64,000 nt of DNA from a virus. Lineage: Duplodnaviria; Caudoviricetes. Made by a program: the position numbers and the translations under genes. The notes under the pieces are model-generated. The model did no database searches, was not told where the DNA came from, and worked only from the letters and a program-made list of their open reading frames with translations. This document shows positions 47,443 to 57,202 of the stretch, one piece after another. The first letter of the stretch is position 1. Every line of letters begins with the position of its first letter. Location: positions 1-64,000 of IMG/VR virus record IMGVR_UViG_3300011908_000001. One strand, written 5' to 3'.

Positions 47443-47679
47443 TTATCTGCTTAGCATGTACTGAGAAAGGTCGTTAATAGCTTTTGTGGCTTTTACCGAC
47501 TCTCTATCGATTTCTTCATCAAGCCGTTGCATAAGACCCTCTCGAATGCGTTCATGAATGTTACTGTCAATGCTTACATCAGCAAGCTGTTTGCGTAATT
47601 GACCAATATTGGCTACTGCTTTTAAATATTCCGTCTGTGAATCGTATAATTCCTTCATAATTGCCTCCCTAAGCTTCAT
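47443..47679 (-). CDS. Hypothetical coiled-coil protein
   Basis: ORF in the co-oriented block. Confidence 0.55.
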   Translation of the reverse strand: MKLREAIMKELYDSQTEYLKAVANIGQLRKQLADVSIDSNIHERIREGLMQRLDEEIDRESVKATKAINDLSQYMLSR

Positions 47680-47727
47680 TAAATGGTTACTAGCCCATTT
47701 GATTGAGCATACATCTTTCGTAAACGT

Positions 47728-48249
47728 TTAAGCAATGCTTTCACGACCAGTCACCTCCTTAAACTTTTCACGCCATTTCCATACTGGGACAAGGTGGTTG
47801 TTAATCTTGCCCATGACTATACCTCCTAAATCACGTGCAATAACAGAGGCTGATCCAAAAGTACGTCCATGACCTTCTAACTCTTCTATAAGGTCTGGGA
47901 TATTGTCAATGTAGAATAACGCCTTGTTGTCTAAGTAACTGTCAAAGATACAATTTCCAACTACTACAAAAAAGTTGTCTAATACTGGCTCCCATTCATA
48001 CTCAATTTCAAGGGTGGCAACTGAACTCGTAGGGGACTGGCTATCCAAACATAATGGAGAAGCTGTTTTCTTCAAAGTGTAAAAGTTGCTAAGCATTTGG
48101 AGTTCCTCTTCATTTACCCTTCCAAATTTATCGTAGGCAACAATCCCGAACTCCTCTTTAACCATCTCTGCGATATGCTTGTTTTGATGTTTTACCATAC
48201 CACTTAGGTACTTTTCTAAATCATATTCTTCTTCAAACATCCATCTCAC
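47728..48249 (-). CDS. Hypothetical protein
   Basis: RBS AAGGAG; GTG start. Confidence 0.65.
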   Translation of the reverse strand: MRWMFEEEYDLEKYLSGMVKHQNKHIAEMVKEEFGIVAYDKFGRVNEEELQMLSNFYTLKKTASPLCLDSQSPTSSVATLEIEYEWEPVLDNFFVVVGNCIFDSYLDNKALFYIDNIPDLIEELEGHGRTFGSASVIARDLGGIVMGKINNHLVPVWKWREKFKEVTGRESIA

Positions 48250-48445
48250 TCCTTATGATTTCTTCCCAAGTCTTCATAACGTCTTCAAAATCTACGACAT
48301 CAACCTTATCTACAAGTATCTTAACATACTTACCCTCAAGTTGTAAAGCCTTTTTTGAAATTTCTGCACGGCTTTTGTTAAAGTAGCATGAATGGATGCT
48401 GTACGGCTGTTGGTAAGTCTCTTTTACATATATGGCGTAAATCAT
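48233..48445 (-). CDS. Hypothetical protein
   Basis: TGATG overlap; RBS GGGAGGAG. Confidence 0.65.
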   Translation of the reverse strand: MIYAIYVKETYQQPYSIHSCYFNKSRAEISKKALQLEGKYVKILVDKVDVVDFEDVMKTWEEIIRSEMDV

Positions 48446-48927
48446 CAGAACTCCTCCCAGCCTTTAAGCTTGCTACTGGCAGATGCTTCTTCTAAGGCTG
48501 TGTAAGCTCGTTTAAGGAGTTTTGATTCAGGGGTGTCCTCTTGTAACGAAACGTCCTTTCCAAGGCTCAGGGCGCCCTCTAGGAAGTCTCTGGCATCACT
48601 TAACTCCCGCTTCTCCTTTTGGAGTTTCTCGACTTGCTTTTCCAGTGATTTGATACGCCCCATTAACGCCAGCTCCTCCTCCGGTCTAGCAGGGTTGCCC
48701 AGTAGTCCTACTTCGTCTCGATCTTGAAGTAATCCTCTATTGATACCATTGTTATACACCCTTGATATAATAGGTGTCAAATACAATTGAACAGCCTTGG
48801 GGTCTCCCATCTGATACATCGCTTCACCTGAAAGTATCTGAAAGGCTATAACCCCTTTGTCTGAGTCCTCCACAGCAATGTAGCCATCGTGTAGCCTCTT
48901 CTCTACTTTAACCTTAATACGCCCCAT
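48445..48927 (-). CDS. Hypothetical coiled-coil protein (start reassigned; the longer ORF-track start spans a terminator and promoter)
   Basis: RBS AAGGAG; promoter TTGACA-17-TATTAT at 48952-48980; terminator near 48990-49018. Confidence 0.65.
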   Translation of the reverse strand: MGRIKVKVEKRLHDGYIAVEDSDKGVIAFQILSGEAMYQMGDPKAVQLYLTPIISRVYNNGINRGLLQDRDEVGLLGNPARPEEELALMGRIKSLEKQVEKLQKEKRELSDARDFLEGALSLGKDVSLQEDTPESKLLKRAYTALEEASASSKLKGWEEF

Positions 48928-49015
48928 AACGATCATCTCCTTCACACCACTATAATACCACCTTATAGAGTAATTGTCAATAGGTAAAATAAAAAAGACA
49001 CCCTTGCGGATGTCC

Positions 49016-49420
49016 TTAGTATTGCCCACCTATGCTTACCATATCTGAGAAAGCCTCTAATACGCTTTTTCCAGTGATATGGTTATCATATTCTTGCATA
49101 AAGTTGTATTCAAGCTGCCGTAATTCACCATGAATCCACCCAATTCCCTCAGCGTAGCCTGAATCCAATTCAATAAGAATCCCGTAAGGGTTTTGTTGAG
49201 CTGTAAAAAAGGGATCATCGCTCTCATCATACTTAAAAGGTTCCCAATCAGCCCACACCCACCCGTTTGGAATTGCCACGAGGTTTGCAAACTCTTGGTA
49301 TTCACCCAAATCTTTAAATAAAATGGATAGTGGCTCATCCATAGACTTTACTAGTTCTTGCATGATATCTTTGGTACCGAAGGCTGTTACTAATTCTAAC
49401 ACACTTTTTGGATATTTCAA
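49016..49420 (-). CDS. Hypothetical protein
   Basis: TTG start with RBS GAGGGGG. Confidence 0.65.
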   Translation of the reverse strand: MKYPKSVLELVTAFGTKDIMQELVKSMDEPLSILFKDLGEYQEFANLVAIPNGWVWADWEPFKYDESDDPFFTAQQNPYGILIELDSGYAEGIGWIHGELRQLEYNFMQEYDNHITGKSVLEAFSDMVSIGGQY

Positions 49421-49523
49421 TTAAATTCCCCCTCATTGTCTCTGGTAATCTGTTTAAGAGCTTTTAAGGGCTCTCAGGTCTATTTATATTACCTCATACT
49501 AAAACCTCTTAGAGAGCTTCCTG

Positions 49524-49955
49524 TTAAGTATAATGAACTCTTGTGCGACTGACTGTGTAGATGATGCCTTTTTCAATATTGACAAACTTGTTTGGATACT
49601 TGCTCGAGGAAACCTCTGCCCCAAGCTTCTTAATCTTAGCATAAGCATCGGCTTCTGTCAAGTAGACTCCAAATATTTCCGATGCCCCGTTGAAAGTGGC
49701 TTTATGAACCACCCAACCTTCATGATAACCTGTAGGAGTCATAGAAAGCTCTGCATCCTCATCAGAGAAGAACTCGTCTAAGGGGTATCCCAGAGCCTTT
49801 GAAATCTTAATAAGGGTTGTCATAGAGATATTAGCGCCTCTTCTAGCAAAGAAAGAGGAATGCCCAATCTCCTTGCATAAAAAGGACTGTGTAACACCAT
49901 TGATTTCCATTAAGTATTCAATTCTCTCCCAAAGACGGTCTAACTCTTCTTGCAT
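49524..49955 (-). CDS. XRE-family helix-turn-helix protein with C-terminal extension
   Basis: RIEYLMEINGVTQSFLCKEIG...NISMTTLIKISKALGYPLDEFF; RBS AGGAGG. Confidence 0.75.
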   Translation of the reverse strand: MQEELDRLWERIEYLMEINGVTQSFLCKEIGHSSFFARRGANISMTTLIKISKALGYPLDEFFSDEDAELSMTPTGYHEGWVVHKATFNGASEIFGVYLTEADAYAKIKKLGAEVSSSKYPNKFVNIEKGIIYTVSRTRVHYT

Positions 49956-49966
49956 TTCGCTTCCTC

Positions 49967-50785
49967 CTAAATTAGTTTCATTATTTCTTTTACAATACAT
50001 GGATCACTTACTAACTCTAGCTTGTCTTCCAAGTCCTCCAGAGTAATCAAAAAACCTTCTGAATATTTATTTAATTTAACAATGTCCTCGAAGACTTGCC
50101 CGTCTGCTTGGTAAATTGTTAGACTAACCTTTCCAGAGTTATCGTAAGGATTTTCTACTATATAGAAAGCATAGGTGTATTCTTCGTAGTCTGTTGACCA
50201 ACCGCTATGCTTCCATGCGTAAACTTGCCCAACCTCTGGTAAAAGCGTTACTTCAACGCCCTCTTTTTCACCTTCTGGAGTATTGAACTTCTTCATCACC
50301 TCATGAACGTCGTTGGCTAATTCCTCGGCAGTACAGTAAGCTTTTGATAGGTTGCCAGAAGAACCAAAGCCGTTGTCACCTCGGTCTTTTTCTTCCACTT
50401 CATCAACCTCGAACATCTCTGCATAAGGTCGTTCAGAGAATACAATCTGAGCAATCTTAAACCCTCTAGGAATCATAAGAGGCTCTGTGGTAAGGTTTGT
50501 GACAATCACTTTAACTTCTCCTGTGTACTCTTCATCCACGGTGCCGTACCACACCATCATGTTGCCTTGGAGGGAAAGTCCTGAACGGGGGCGTACACTA
50601 CCCTCCATACCCTCTGGAATGTCAAATGCAATACCTGTGGGAAGGGCTTGTGTAGCGGTTGATGACTGGAACTTACCAAGGACTACTGCCTCACTTGTAT
50701 AAAGGTCAAAGCCTGCATCTGTAATGCGCTTTTGGCTAGGCTCAGTAGCGTGCTCTGATAACTTGCTGTATTTGATTGTCTTCAT
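49967..50785 (-). CDS. dut: Trimeric dUTPase with ~125-aa C-terminal extension
   Basis: DAGFDL, PRSG, GTVDEEYTGEV, IAQ, RGDNGFGSSG motifs. Confidence 0.9.
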   Translation of the reverse strand: MKTIKYSKLSEHATEPSQKRITDAGFDLYTSEAVVLGKFQSSTATQALPTGIAFDIPEGMEGSVRPRSGLSLQGNMMVWYGTVDEEYTGEVKVIVTNLTTEPLMIPRGFKIAQIVFSERPYAEMFEVDEVEEKDRGDNGFGSSGNLSKAYCTAEELANDVHEVMKKFNTPEGEKEGVEVTLLPEVGQVYAWKHSGWSTDYEEYTYAFYIVENPYDNSGKVSLTIYQADGQVFEDIVKLNKYSEGFLITLEDLEDKLELVSDPCIVKEIMKLI

Positions 50786-51180
50786 TATTCATAACCTCCG
50801 ATTAAACTAGTTACTTCGTGGACTGTTTTAAGCTTATGCTTAAGCGATTTAATCTCTCTTTCTAAAACCTGTTTATGTCGAACGTATTCCCCTATGAGGC
50901 TCTCTTGGGCTTGGTTATCCTTTTTAACACGCTCTAACTCATCCTTGATGGAAACAAGCTCATTGAACTCCTCCTTGATGGAAACAAGCTCACTGAACTC
51001 CTCCAAACTCATGCGACGAAATTTGGCAGATGATTTCCATCTCAAATCAAAGTCTTCGTCACGTAATTGTACCATGCAACTATCACAGTCTAAAACCTTA
51101 TAAGGCTTTCCCTTTATAAAGCAGGGATCGTCCCACTTGTCAATAGAAACTACGTATTCTCCTCTTTCAAACTTGCTCAT
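50785..51180 (-). CDS. Hypothetical protein (FKxGD-like) with coiled coil and an internal 10-aa duplication
   Basis: MSKFERGEYVV; EFSELVSIKE/EFNELVSIKD (30-bp tandem repeat, 50942-51001). Confidence 0.7.
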   Translation of the reverse strand: MSKFERGEYVVSIDKWDDPCFIKGKPYKVLDCDSCMVQLRDEDFDLRWKSSAKFRRMSLEEFSELVSIKEEFNELVSIKDELERVKKDNQAQESLIGEYVRHKQVLEREIKSLKHKLKTVHEVTSLIGGYE

Positions 51181-51377
51181 TAAATTACCTCCTTAATAAC
51201 TTTAACTTGTATTTATGATAACCTATAAAAGGGATACCTGTCAACCCCTACTCACAAATTTCTACAATATGATTGCATAACTCTTCTGGAATACGGGATC
51301 GATCCTTAGTTCCCCTTAATTCATTGTGTACCTGTTCGTGTTCCGGCGAATAATTCCAATACTTTCATAATGCCCTC

Positions 51378-51551
51378 CTATACATATAATACATAAGCTT
51401 CCATAGTCCGTACAGCATCCCTTCCGTGTCCGTTTACTTCGGTGTAGAAACGCATCTCGGCAATGGCATTCTCTAAGGCATAGCATGCTGAAACGTCTTC
51501 CCAAACTGAATGTTCCTCGTCGTAAATTTGAATGTAATAAACTACTGTCAT
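51378..51551 (-). CDS. Small hypothetical protein
   Basis: RBS AAGGGAG; terminator-promoter at 51572-51610. Confidence 0.6.
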   Translation of the reverse strand: MTVVYYIQIYDEEHSVWEDVSACYALENAIAEMRFYTEVNGHGRDAVRTMEAYVLYV

Positions 51552-51614
51552 AAAAATCTCTCCCTTCACTAATTATGATACAATAAAAAGGGGTCAAGTG
51601 TCAACCCCTTTAAT

Positions 51615-53552
51615 TTAACTTATTGAATTTAGGTAAGCACAAAGTGTCTGAGCAATCTGAGCGTAACCCTCATTAGTTGGATGAACGCCATCTCTAATGT
51701 TATTAGCTACGTCTATTACGGCATTAATGGCTATTAAGTCAATGTCAGTTCCATCAAAAGCTTCAATCATACGTTTTACCACAAGGTTATTGTTCAGGCG
51801 AACTCTCCACTGTGTGTAAGAGGTGTTCGGGTAGTTCTTACCAAACTGGTCTACATTACTGGTAGGAGGTGTTGGAAGGTTATACGCCACCTTTATAGAC
51901 GGGTCTACCGCTTTTATACTGTTCTTAATAAAGGTAAGGTCGCTCTTCATCGACTTAAGTTTATCCTCTACCGTACCGTCAGAAGAGTTATAAAATACAT
52001 CATTGATCCCTAACTGAATAATAACTACATGGGGCTTCTCAATACTATTATGTTCCAAGTAGTAGCTAAAATCAAAGTCCTTAGTAGATGGGTTGTAGAA
52101 TGCGTTGGAGGTAGTACCTTGTGATGCCATACGATAACTAGCGAAAGTCCAACCAGAACGACCCTCATGATTGTAAGGGGAGGTGCCTTGAGTTCCCAAT
52201 AGCACTAGATTATCCCCTAGTTCATTCTTCATAGAACGCCCTAGCACACCATTAACATCATTGGACGAGTTTACAGTGCTATCTCCTATAAGTATCGCTT
52301 TTATCGGAGTAGAGCGAGGTGAGGAAGCCACCACTGAAACCGTTTTGCTCGTCTTCAATTTACCGTCAAGGTCGTATAAATCTACCTTCAAGTTTCCTCC
52401 TGTTGTAAACTTCTCAAAATAAGAGTTAGCTTGCTGTGTACCCCTATTAAAGTTAATGTTTAAATCCTTCATTCCGTACTTCAATAAATTAGAAGAGTAT
52501 AAAGTCATAGTTTTGCCTACTGTAGTATAGACTTTAGAAGGCAAGTTAATACTAGGGATTGTAGTTTCAGAATCTCCTACGGTTACCCCTTTAAGTTTGG
52601 CAGTATACGGAACATAGTCAGTAACAGCTGTTCCATATTCCAACTGGGCGGTATTTAAAGTGTTGTTAAAGGGGGTTACTCTAATAAGAAACTCAGAGGG
52701 CTGGGAAATCGTTTTTGATTGCCCGCTAACTAAAGTTCCTCCACTAATAAACTTCTTGCTAATGTCATACAGTGCGTAGAATCTAATATTGCTTAATGTT
52801 ACAGGAGCCTGTTTGACGTAGAGATAATCACTAGTCCTATATGCCTCGTTTGCAAGTAGCAATCCTAGAGCAGGGTCTACATAACCACTGACGGTATCGT
52901 CCTTGTTGAAAAGGTTTTTACCTACCTCTACAAAATCTAACTTAGTCACGGGGATGCTGTCGTTAAGGATGTTTGTCTTTCCGTTAAGAGGCAACATCTT
53001 AGAGAATCGGTCTTCCATTTCAGACATAGAGTTTCGAGAGCCTTCCATAAAGGAGTCGAAAGTGGCTTTACTACTAATTAGCAGACTCTCAACTGTTTCT
53101 CTCGTAGTGGTCATAAAAGTATCGAAATAAGCGTTGAATTGAGCTAGTAATTTATCCAAAAGGCTTACGTACTTAGTGGCATCTTTAGCAGTCAAGTCAA
53201 CGGCTTTTCTTACTTCTATGCGAATGTTTCCTGTGGCGAATTGTTCGTCGTCTCTTTCGAGGTTAAAATAGGCACGTGAGAAAACTCCTTCTACAGAAGA
53301 TGCCATGTTGTCAAATTGAACCTCTACCAGACCGTTAGAGCTACCTACCACTTTTGCAGGGATAGTTACTACCTCTCCAAGAGGGTTCTGAGCTAAAAGC
53401 GTGACCACTGTTGCGGACAAGTTGAACGGTCGTCTATTTAACCCTAAAATTTGAAATCCGTAAGTCACCAACTTATTGTCCCCTTGTGTAAGCCGTACTC
53501 CCTCTGATGACTGGTATTCTGAACCGTTTAATGAAATCTTAGCATAATACAC
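51615..53552 (-). CDS. BppU-like (upper baseplate) N-terminus fused to an SGNH/GDSL esterase domain
   Basis: N-terminal RLTQGDNK...ATGNIRIEV BppU-like fold; SGNH blocks IGDST, GRSG, QLGIND, DGVHP..GY; own promoter at 53583-53611. Confidence 0.75.
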   Translation of the reverse strand: MYYAKISLNGSEYQSSEGVRLTQGDNKLVTYGFQILGLNRRPFNLSATVVTLLAQNPLGEVVTIPAKVVGSSNGLVEVQFDNMASSVEGVFSRAYFNLERDDEQFATGNIRIEVRKAVDLTAKDATKYVSLLDKLLAQFNAYFDTFMTTTRETVESLLISSKATFDSFMEGSRNSMSEMEDRFSKMLPLNGKTNILNDSIPVTKLDFVEVGKNLFNKDDTVSGYVDPALGLLLANEAYRTSDYLYVKQAPVTLSNIRFYALYDISKKFISGGTLVSGQSKTISQPSEFLIRVTPFNNTLNTAQLEYGTAVTDYVPYTAKLKGVTVGDSETTIPSINLPSKVYTTVGKTMTLYSSNLLKYGMKDLNINFNRGTQQANSYFEKFTTGGNLKVDLYDLDGKLKTSKTVSVVASSPRSTPIKAILIGDSTVNSSNDVNGVLGRSMKNELGDNLVLLGTQGTSPYNHEGRSGWTFASYRMASQGTTSNAFYNPSTKDFDFSYYLEHNSIEKPHVVIIQLGINDVFYNSSDGTVEDKLKSMKSDLTFIKNSIKAVDPSIKVAYNLPTPPTSNVDQFGKNYPNTSYTQWRVRLNNNLVVKRMIEAFDGTDIDLIAINAVIDVANNIRDGVHPTNEGYAQIAQTLCAYLNSIS

Positions 53553-53705
53553 TATATCTCCTCCTTAATAACTTATAAGGCTATAATACCACTTAAAGGT
53601 AAATCTGTCAACCCTCTTTTGGACATTTTTCAAAGTTATAAGAATTGTTTACTGTAGAGGCATTCTTGTAAGAATGATATACCTAATATAGTTAGGAGGA
53701 TTTCA

Positions 53706-54347
53706 ATGGGCAAAATTAAAGTAGGGTCAAGGGAGCTTGATGATAGTCGTCAGAGACAGTACATGACCACTTCTCAAGAACCTACTACATATGATGGAGT
53801 TGACTTAACTACTCTTAAACCTAAAATGAAACGATTCGCAAGGCATTATATGTCTACTGTGAACGTCACCCAGTCTGCGGAAGCTTCTGGATACACTCCA
53901 GCAAGTGGATTCAGGCTACTTAAACGTGAAGATGTCCAAGCTTACTTACAATGGCTTGTTACGGACGAAGCAAACGCTGAGATAGCTTCCCCTACAGAGG
54001 TGCTGGAAGGACTAACGAGAGCTGCCAATGGGGAAATGTATGACCAAGTTGTTCTACAGAGTGGCAAGATAGTTGAGAAACGGATTGATGCGAAAGATCG
54101 TATCTCAGCCTATAACACCCTTGCTAAATTCCATGGATTGCTTCAACCAGAAGTACAAGTCAACCAACAGTTTAACATTAATGTGGACATCGTTGATGCA
54201 GTTGAAGATGAAGCTGAAATTATTGAAGATGAACCAGAGTTACTTGAAGCAGACTTTTCAGAGGTAGATGATAACGTTGAAGAAGAGGATACCTATAACT
54301 CAGCTGATTTTAATTCTGGGTTCTTAGGAGGTATCGGAAAACAATGA
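53706..54347 (+). CDS. terS: Terminase small subunit
   Basis: KRFARHY..NVTQSAEASGY...RLLK, EVLEGLTRAA, KDRISA; precedes the large subunit. Confidence 0.85.
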   Translation: MGKIKVGSRELDDSRQRQYMTTSQEPTTYDGVDLTTLKPKMKRFARHYMSTVNVTQSAEASGYTPASGFRLLKREDVQAYLQWLVTDEANAEIASPTEVLEGLTRAANGEMYDQVVLQSGKIVEKRIDAKDRISAYNTLAKFHGLLQPEVQVNQQFNINVDIVDAVEDEAEIIEDEPELLEADFSEVDDNVEEEDTYNSADFNSGFLGGIGKQ

Positions 54348-55621
54348 CCTTAGACAAGGCTAACGTAAACATCAAAATTACTAAACGCTTCTTTAATGAA
54401 GTGTATATGAAATACATGTATAACCAACCGCTAGGACAGAAGCGGATAATGGTCTTCTATGGAGGGGCTGGTTCTGGTAAATCTAAGTTTGTAGTACAGA
54501 ACGCCCTCTTAAAAGGGCTTAGCGAACGACGTAAGTTCCTAGTCTGCCGTAAAGTGGATAACACAATCCGTGACTCAATCTTTGCCGAGTTTGTACAGGG
54601 GCTGAGAGAGCTTAATATATATGACATCTGTGACGTTAAGAACAGCTACTTGACGATTACACTTCCTAACGGCACTGAATATATCTTCAAAGGTCTTGAA
54701 GACCCAGAGCGTATCAAGTCCATTCAAGGTATCTCAGATATCATCATGGAGGAAGCTACGGAGTTTACGGTAGATGACTACTCACAGCTTAACTTACGTC
54801 TCCGTAACAAAGCTATCAAGAATAACCAAATCACACTTATGTACAACCCAGCTTCTAAAGCCAACTGGGTATATGGCATGTTCCATGATCCTAAGAAACC
54901 CCGACCTAAGAACTGTCAAGTGGTTCATACTACTTATAAAGACAACCGTTTCTTATCCCAAGACTACTTAGAGAACTTGAAAGACATGATGAACACTAAC
55001 CCTGTGTACTATGAAATCTATGCACTGGGCAAGTTCGCAAGCCTTGGTAAAATGGTGTACACGAACTGGACTAGGGGTACAATGGACATTCAGAAAGAGA
55101 TGCGAACAGGTCGTTGGCAACCTAAGTTTGGAATTGACTTTGGCTTTAGTAATGACCCCACCGTGATTATATCAGCTCTTGTCAATAATGACGATAAGAA
55201 GATTTATATCTTTGATGAGTTCTATAAGACAGGCATGTTCAACAGACAGATTTATGAAGTCCTTAAGAGGAAGAAGCTATTAGGCTACCACATGTTCGCT
55301 GACTCAGCTGCTCCTAAAGACATCGAGGAAATTAAACGGCTTGGTGCTAGATATCTGAAACCAGCCAAAAAAGGTAAGGATTCTATTAACCATGGTATTC
55401 AATTCTTACAGGGGTTTAAGATTATTGTAGACCCTCGCTGCAAACATACTATAGAAGAGTTTGAGAACTATGGTTGGAAGAAGATTAAAGGAACTAACGA
55501 GTATGAGAACAAGCCGATTGATACATTTAACCACTGCTTAGATGCCCTTAGATACGCTGTGTCAGACATGATCCCACGAAACACTGTAAGAACAATCAAT
55601 AAGTCCTTGTTGGGCTTATAA
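54344..55621 (+). CDS. terL: Terminase large subunit (PBSX/SPP1-like)
   Basis: YGGAGSGKS, MEEATE, MYNP, GIDFGFSNDP, ADSAAP, NHCLDALRYA. Confidence 0.95.
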   Translation: MTLDKANVNIKITKRFFNEVYMKYMYNQPLGQKRIMVFYGGAGSGKSKFVVQNALLKGLSERRKFLVCRKVDNTIRDSIFAEFVQGLRELNIYDICDVKNSYLTITLPNGTEYIFKGLEDPERIKSIQGISDIIMEEATEFTVDDYSQLNLRLRNKAIKNNQITLMYNPASKANWVYGMFHDPKKPRPKNCQVVHTTYKDNRFLSQDYLENLKDMMNTNPVYYEIYALGKFASLGKMVYTNWTRGTMDIQKEMRTGRWQPKFGIDFGFSNDPTVIISALVNNDDKKIYIFDEFYKTGMFNRQIYEVLKRKKLLGYHMFADSAAPKDIEEIKRLGARYLKPAKKGKDSINHGIQFLQGFKIIVDPRCKHTIEEFENYGWKKIKGTNEYENKPIDTFNHCLDALRYAVSDMIPRNTVRTINKSLLGL

Positions 55622-55633
55622 GGAGGAACTTAA

Positions 55634-57190
55634 ATGGCAATACCTAACGGACAAATTAACCCGGGCGATTTAATCACCACTAACGAAAAGCGGAAGTACC
55701 ACATCCGAAGAGACTTTGAACTTGAGGATTTAATCTCCCTTGCAGATAACCATTTTAATACGTCTGCCAACTATGACCTTTTATATGACTACTATAAAGG
55801 TAATCACATTGCTATTCAGCAACGCCGCTTTGACGATACTAACAAGCCTAACAGTAAGGTGGTTCACAACTTCCCTAAACTAGTAGTGGATACATCTGTG
55901 GCATATCTCGCTGGGGAGCCTATCACTTATTCTGGAGATGAGGAAACTATTAGAGCGATGGAACCTATCTTCCGTGAAAACTTTATTGACGACCTCAACA
56001 CTGAGGAAGCTAAGTTCTCAGCTATCTTTGGACATTGCATTGAGTTAGCGTGGATTGACCGACATGGTAAACTCCGCTTTAAAGTAGTGTCCCCTAAGAA
56101 CTGTTTCATCGCCTATTCAATGGATTTAGATGAGGAGCCGTTGTGTGCCGTTTATTACAATGAGCTACAAAGTATGGATGAGTATACTACCACTCGTGTA
56201 TATGAGGTATTCACTGCTGATAAAAAGCTCTCTTTTAGCACAGAGTCGAAAGCAAACCCTAAGACTATGGCTATAGATACTAAGATTAAAGGATTCAGAG
56301 AAGACCCTAACGTCCTTAAAATCTTCCCTGCTTATGAGTTGTTAGCTAATGAGGAACGTCTTGGGGACTTTGAGGCTCAACTAGGTTTAATTGATGCTTA
56401 TAACTTATCCGTCTCAGACAGTGTTAACGACATTGCTTACTGGAATGATGCTTACTTGTGGCTGCAAGGATTTGACCTATCAGAAGATGGTGAGTCTGTA
56501 GCTAATATGAAGAACGACCGTGTAATTGTTACTGATGAAGCTGGTAACGTTAAGTTTATCACCAAGGACATCAACGACAAGCACGTTGAGAACATTAAGA
56601 ACCGTGCACGGGAGGACATCTTTAGTCTTTCACAAACCCCTGACCTAGCCTCCGAACAGTTTGCTGCTGCTTCTGGTGTGGCTATGAGAGCTAAATCACA
56701 GCCTCTTGAGAATAAGACGGCGATGAAAGAAAGCAAGTTTAAGAAGATGATGCAACACCGATTCATGGTCGTAGCGGAGTATCTTAAAGCTAAGAAAGAG
56801 CCTAATGCTATTAACCTTAAACCATTAGATGTAGAGCCGGTCTTTGTACGTAACTTACCACAGTCTTACGCTGAGCTTGCTGACATGGCTGTTAAGTTGA
56901 AAGACACAATGTCCGATGAAACTATCTTAGCACAATTCCCATTCATCACTAACCCTGCTGACGAAGCCATCAAAGCTTCTGACCAACGAGTTCGGAGAAT
57001 GAAAGAGTCTGGGCAAGCCTTTGATGTTCCTAAGTTAAATGGTGTGGCACAGGCTTCACAGGAGTCTTCATTGAAGCTTAACAATGACAAATCTAAGAAT
57101 ATAGGAATTGAAACAGCTGACCCTATGGCTGCTAAAGAGCAAGAGAAAGCTCGTAACAAAGCACCTATCAAACAACCTAAATTAAAGTAA
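55634..57190 (+). CDS. Portal protein (SPP1 gp6-like)
   Basis: DYYKGNH, VHNFPKLVVD, GDFEAQLGLIDAYN, SQTPDL, ASGVAMR. Confidence 0.93.
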   Translation: MAIPNGQINPGDLITTNEKRKYHIRRDFELEDLISLADNHFNTSANYDLLYDYYKGNHIAIQQRRFDDTNKPNSKVVHNFPKLVVDTSVAYLAGEPITYSGDEETIRAMEPIFRENFIDDLNTEEAKFSAIFGHCIELAWIDRHGKLRFKVVSPKNCFIAYSMDLDEEPLCAVYYNELQSMDEYTTTRVYEVFTADKKLSFSTESKANPKTMAIDTKIKGFREDPNVLKIFPAYELLANEERLGDFEAQLGLIDAYNLSVSDSVNDIAYWNDAYLWLQGFDLSEDGESVANMKNDRVIVTDEAGNVKFITKDINDKHVENIKNRAREDIFSLSQTPDLASEQFAAASGVAMRAKSQPLENKTAMKESKFKKMMQHRFMVVAEYLKAKKEPNAINLKPLDVEPVFVRNLPQSYAELADMAVKLKDTMSDETILAQFPFITNPADEAIKASDQRVRRMKESGQAFDVPKLNGVAQASQESSLKLNNDKSKNIGIETADPMAAKEQEKARNKAPIKQPKLK

Positions 57191-57202
57191 GGAGACTAAA
57201 CC

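Noticed and set aside
49524-49955. XRE protein as a lysogeny repressor
   Set aside because: No integrase, att site, or divergent cro/cI arrangement is visible; the gene sits inside a co-oriented operon. About 10 kb of genome is unseen.
50942-51001. 30-bp tandem duplication
   Set aside because: An in-frame coiled-coil expansion with no sign of further function.
47101-53645. 14-bp match AAAGTTATAAGAAT at 53632 (+) and 47101 (-) as a late-promoter motif
   Set aside because: Many 14-bp AT-rich matches are expected by chance in 64 kb, and a third site (6638) is only partial.
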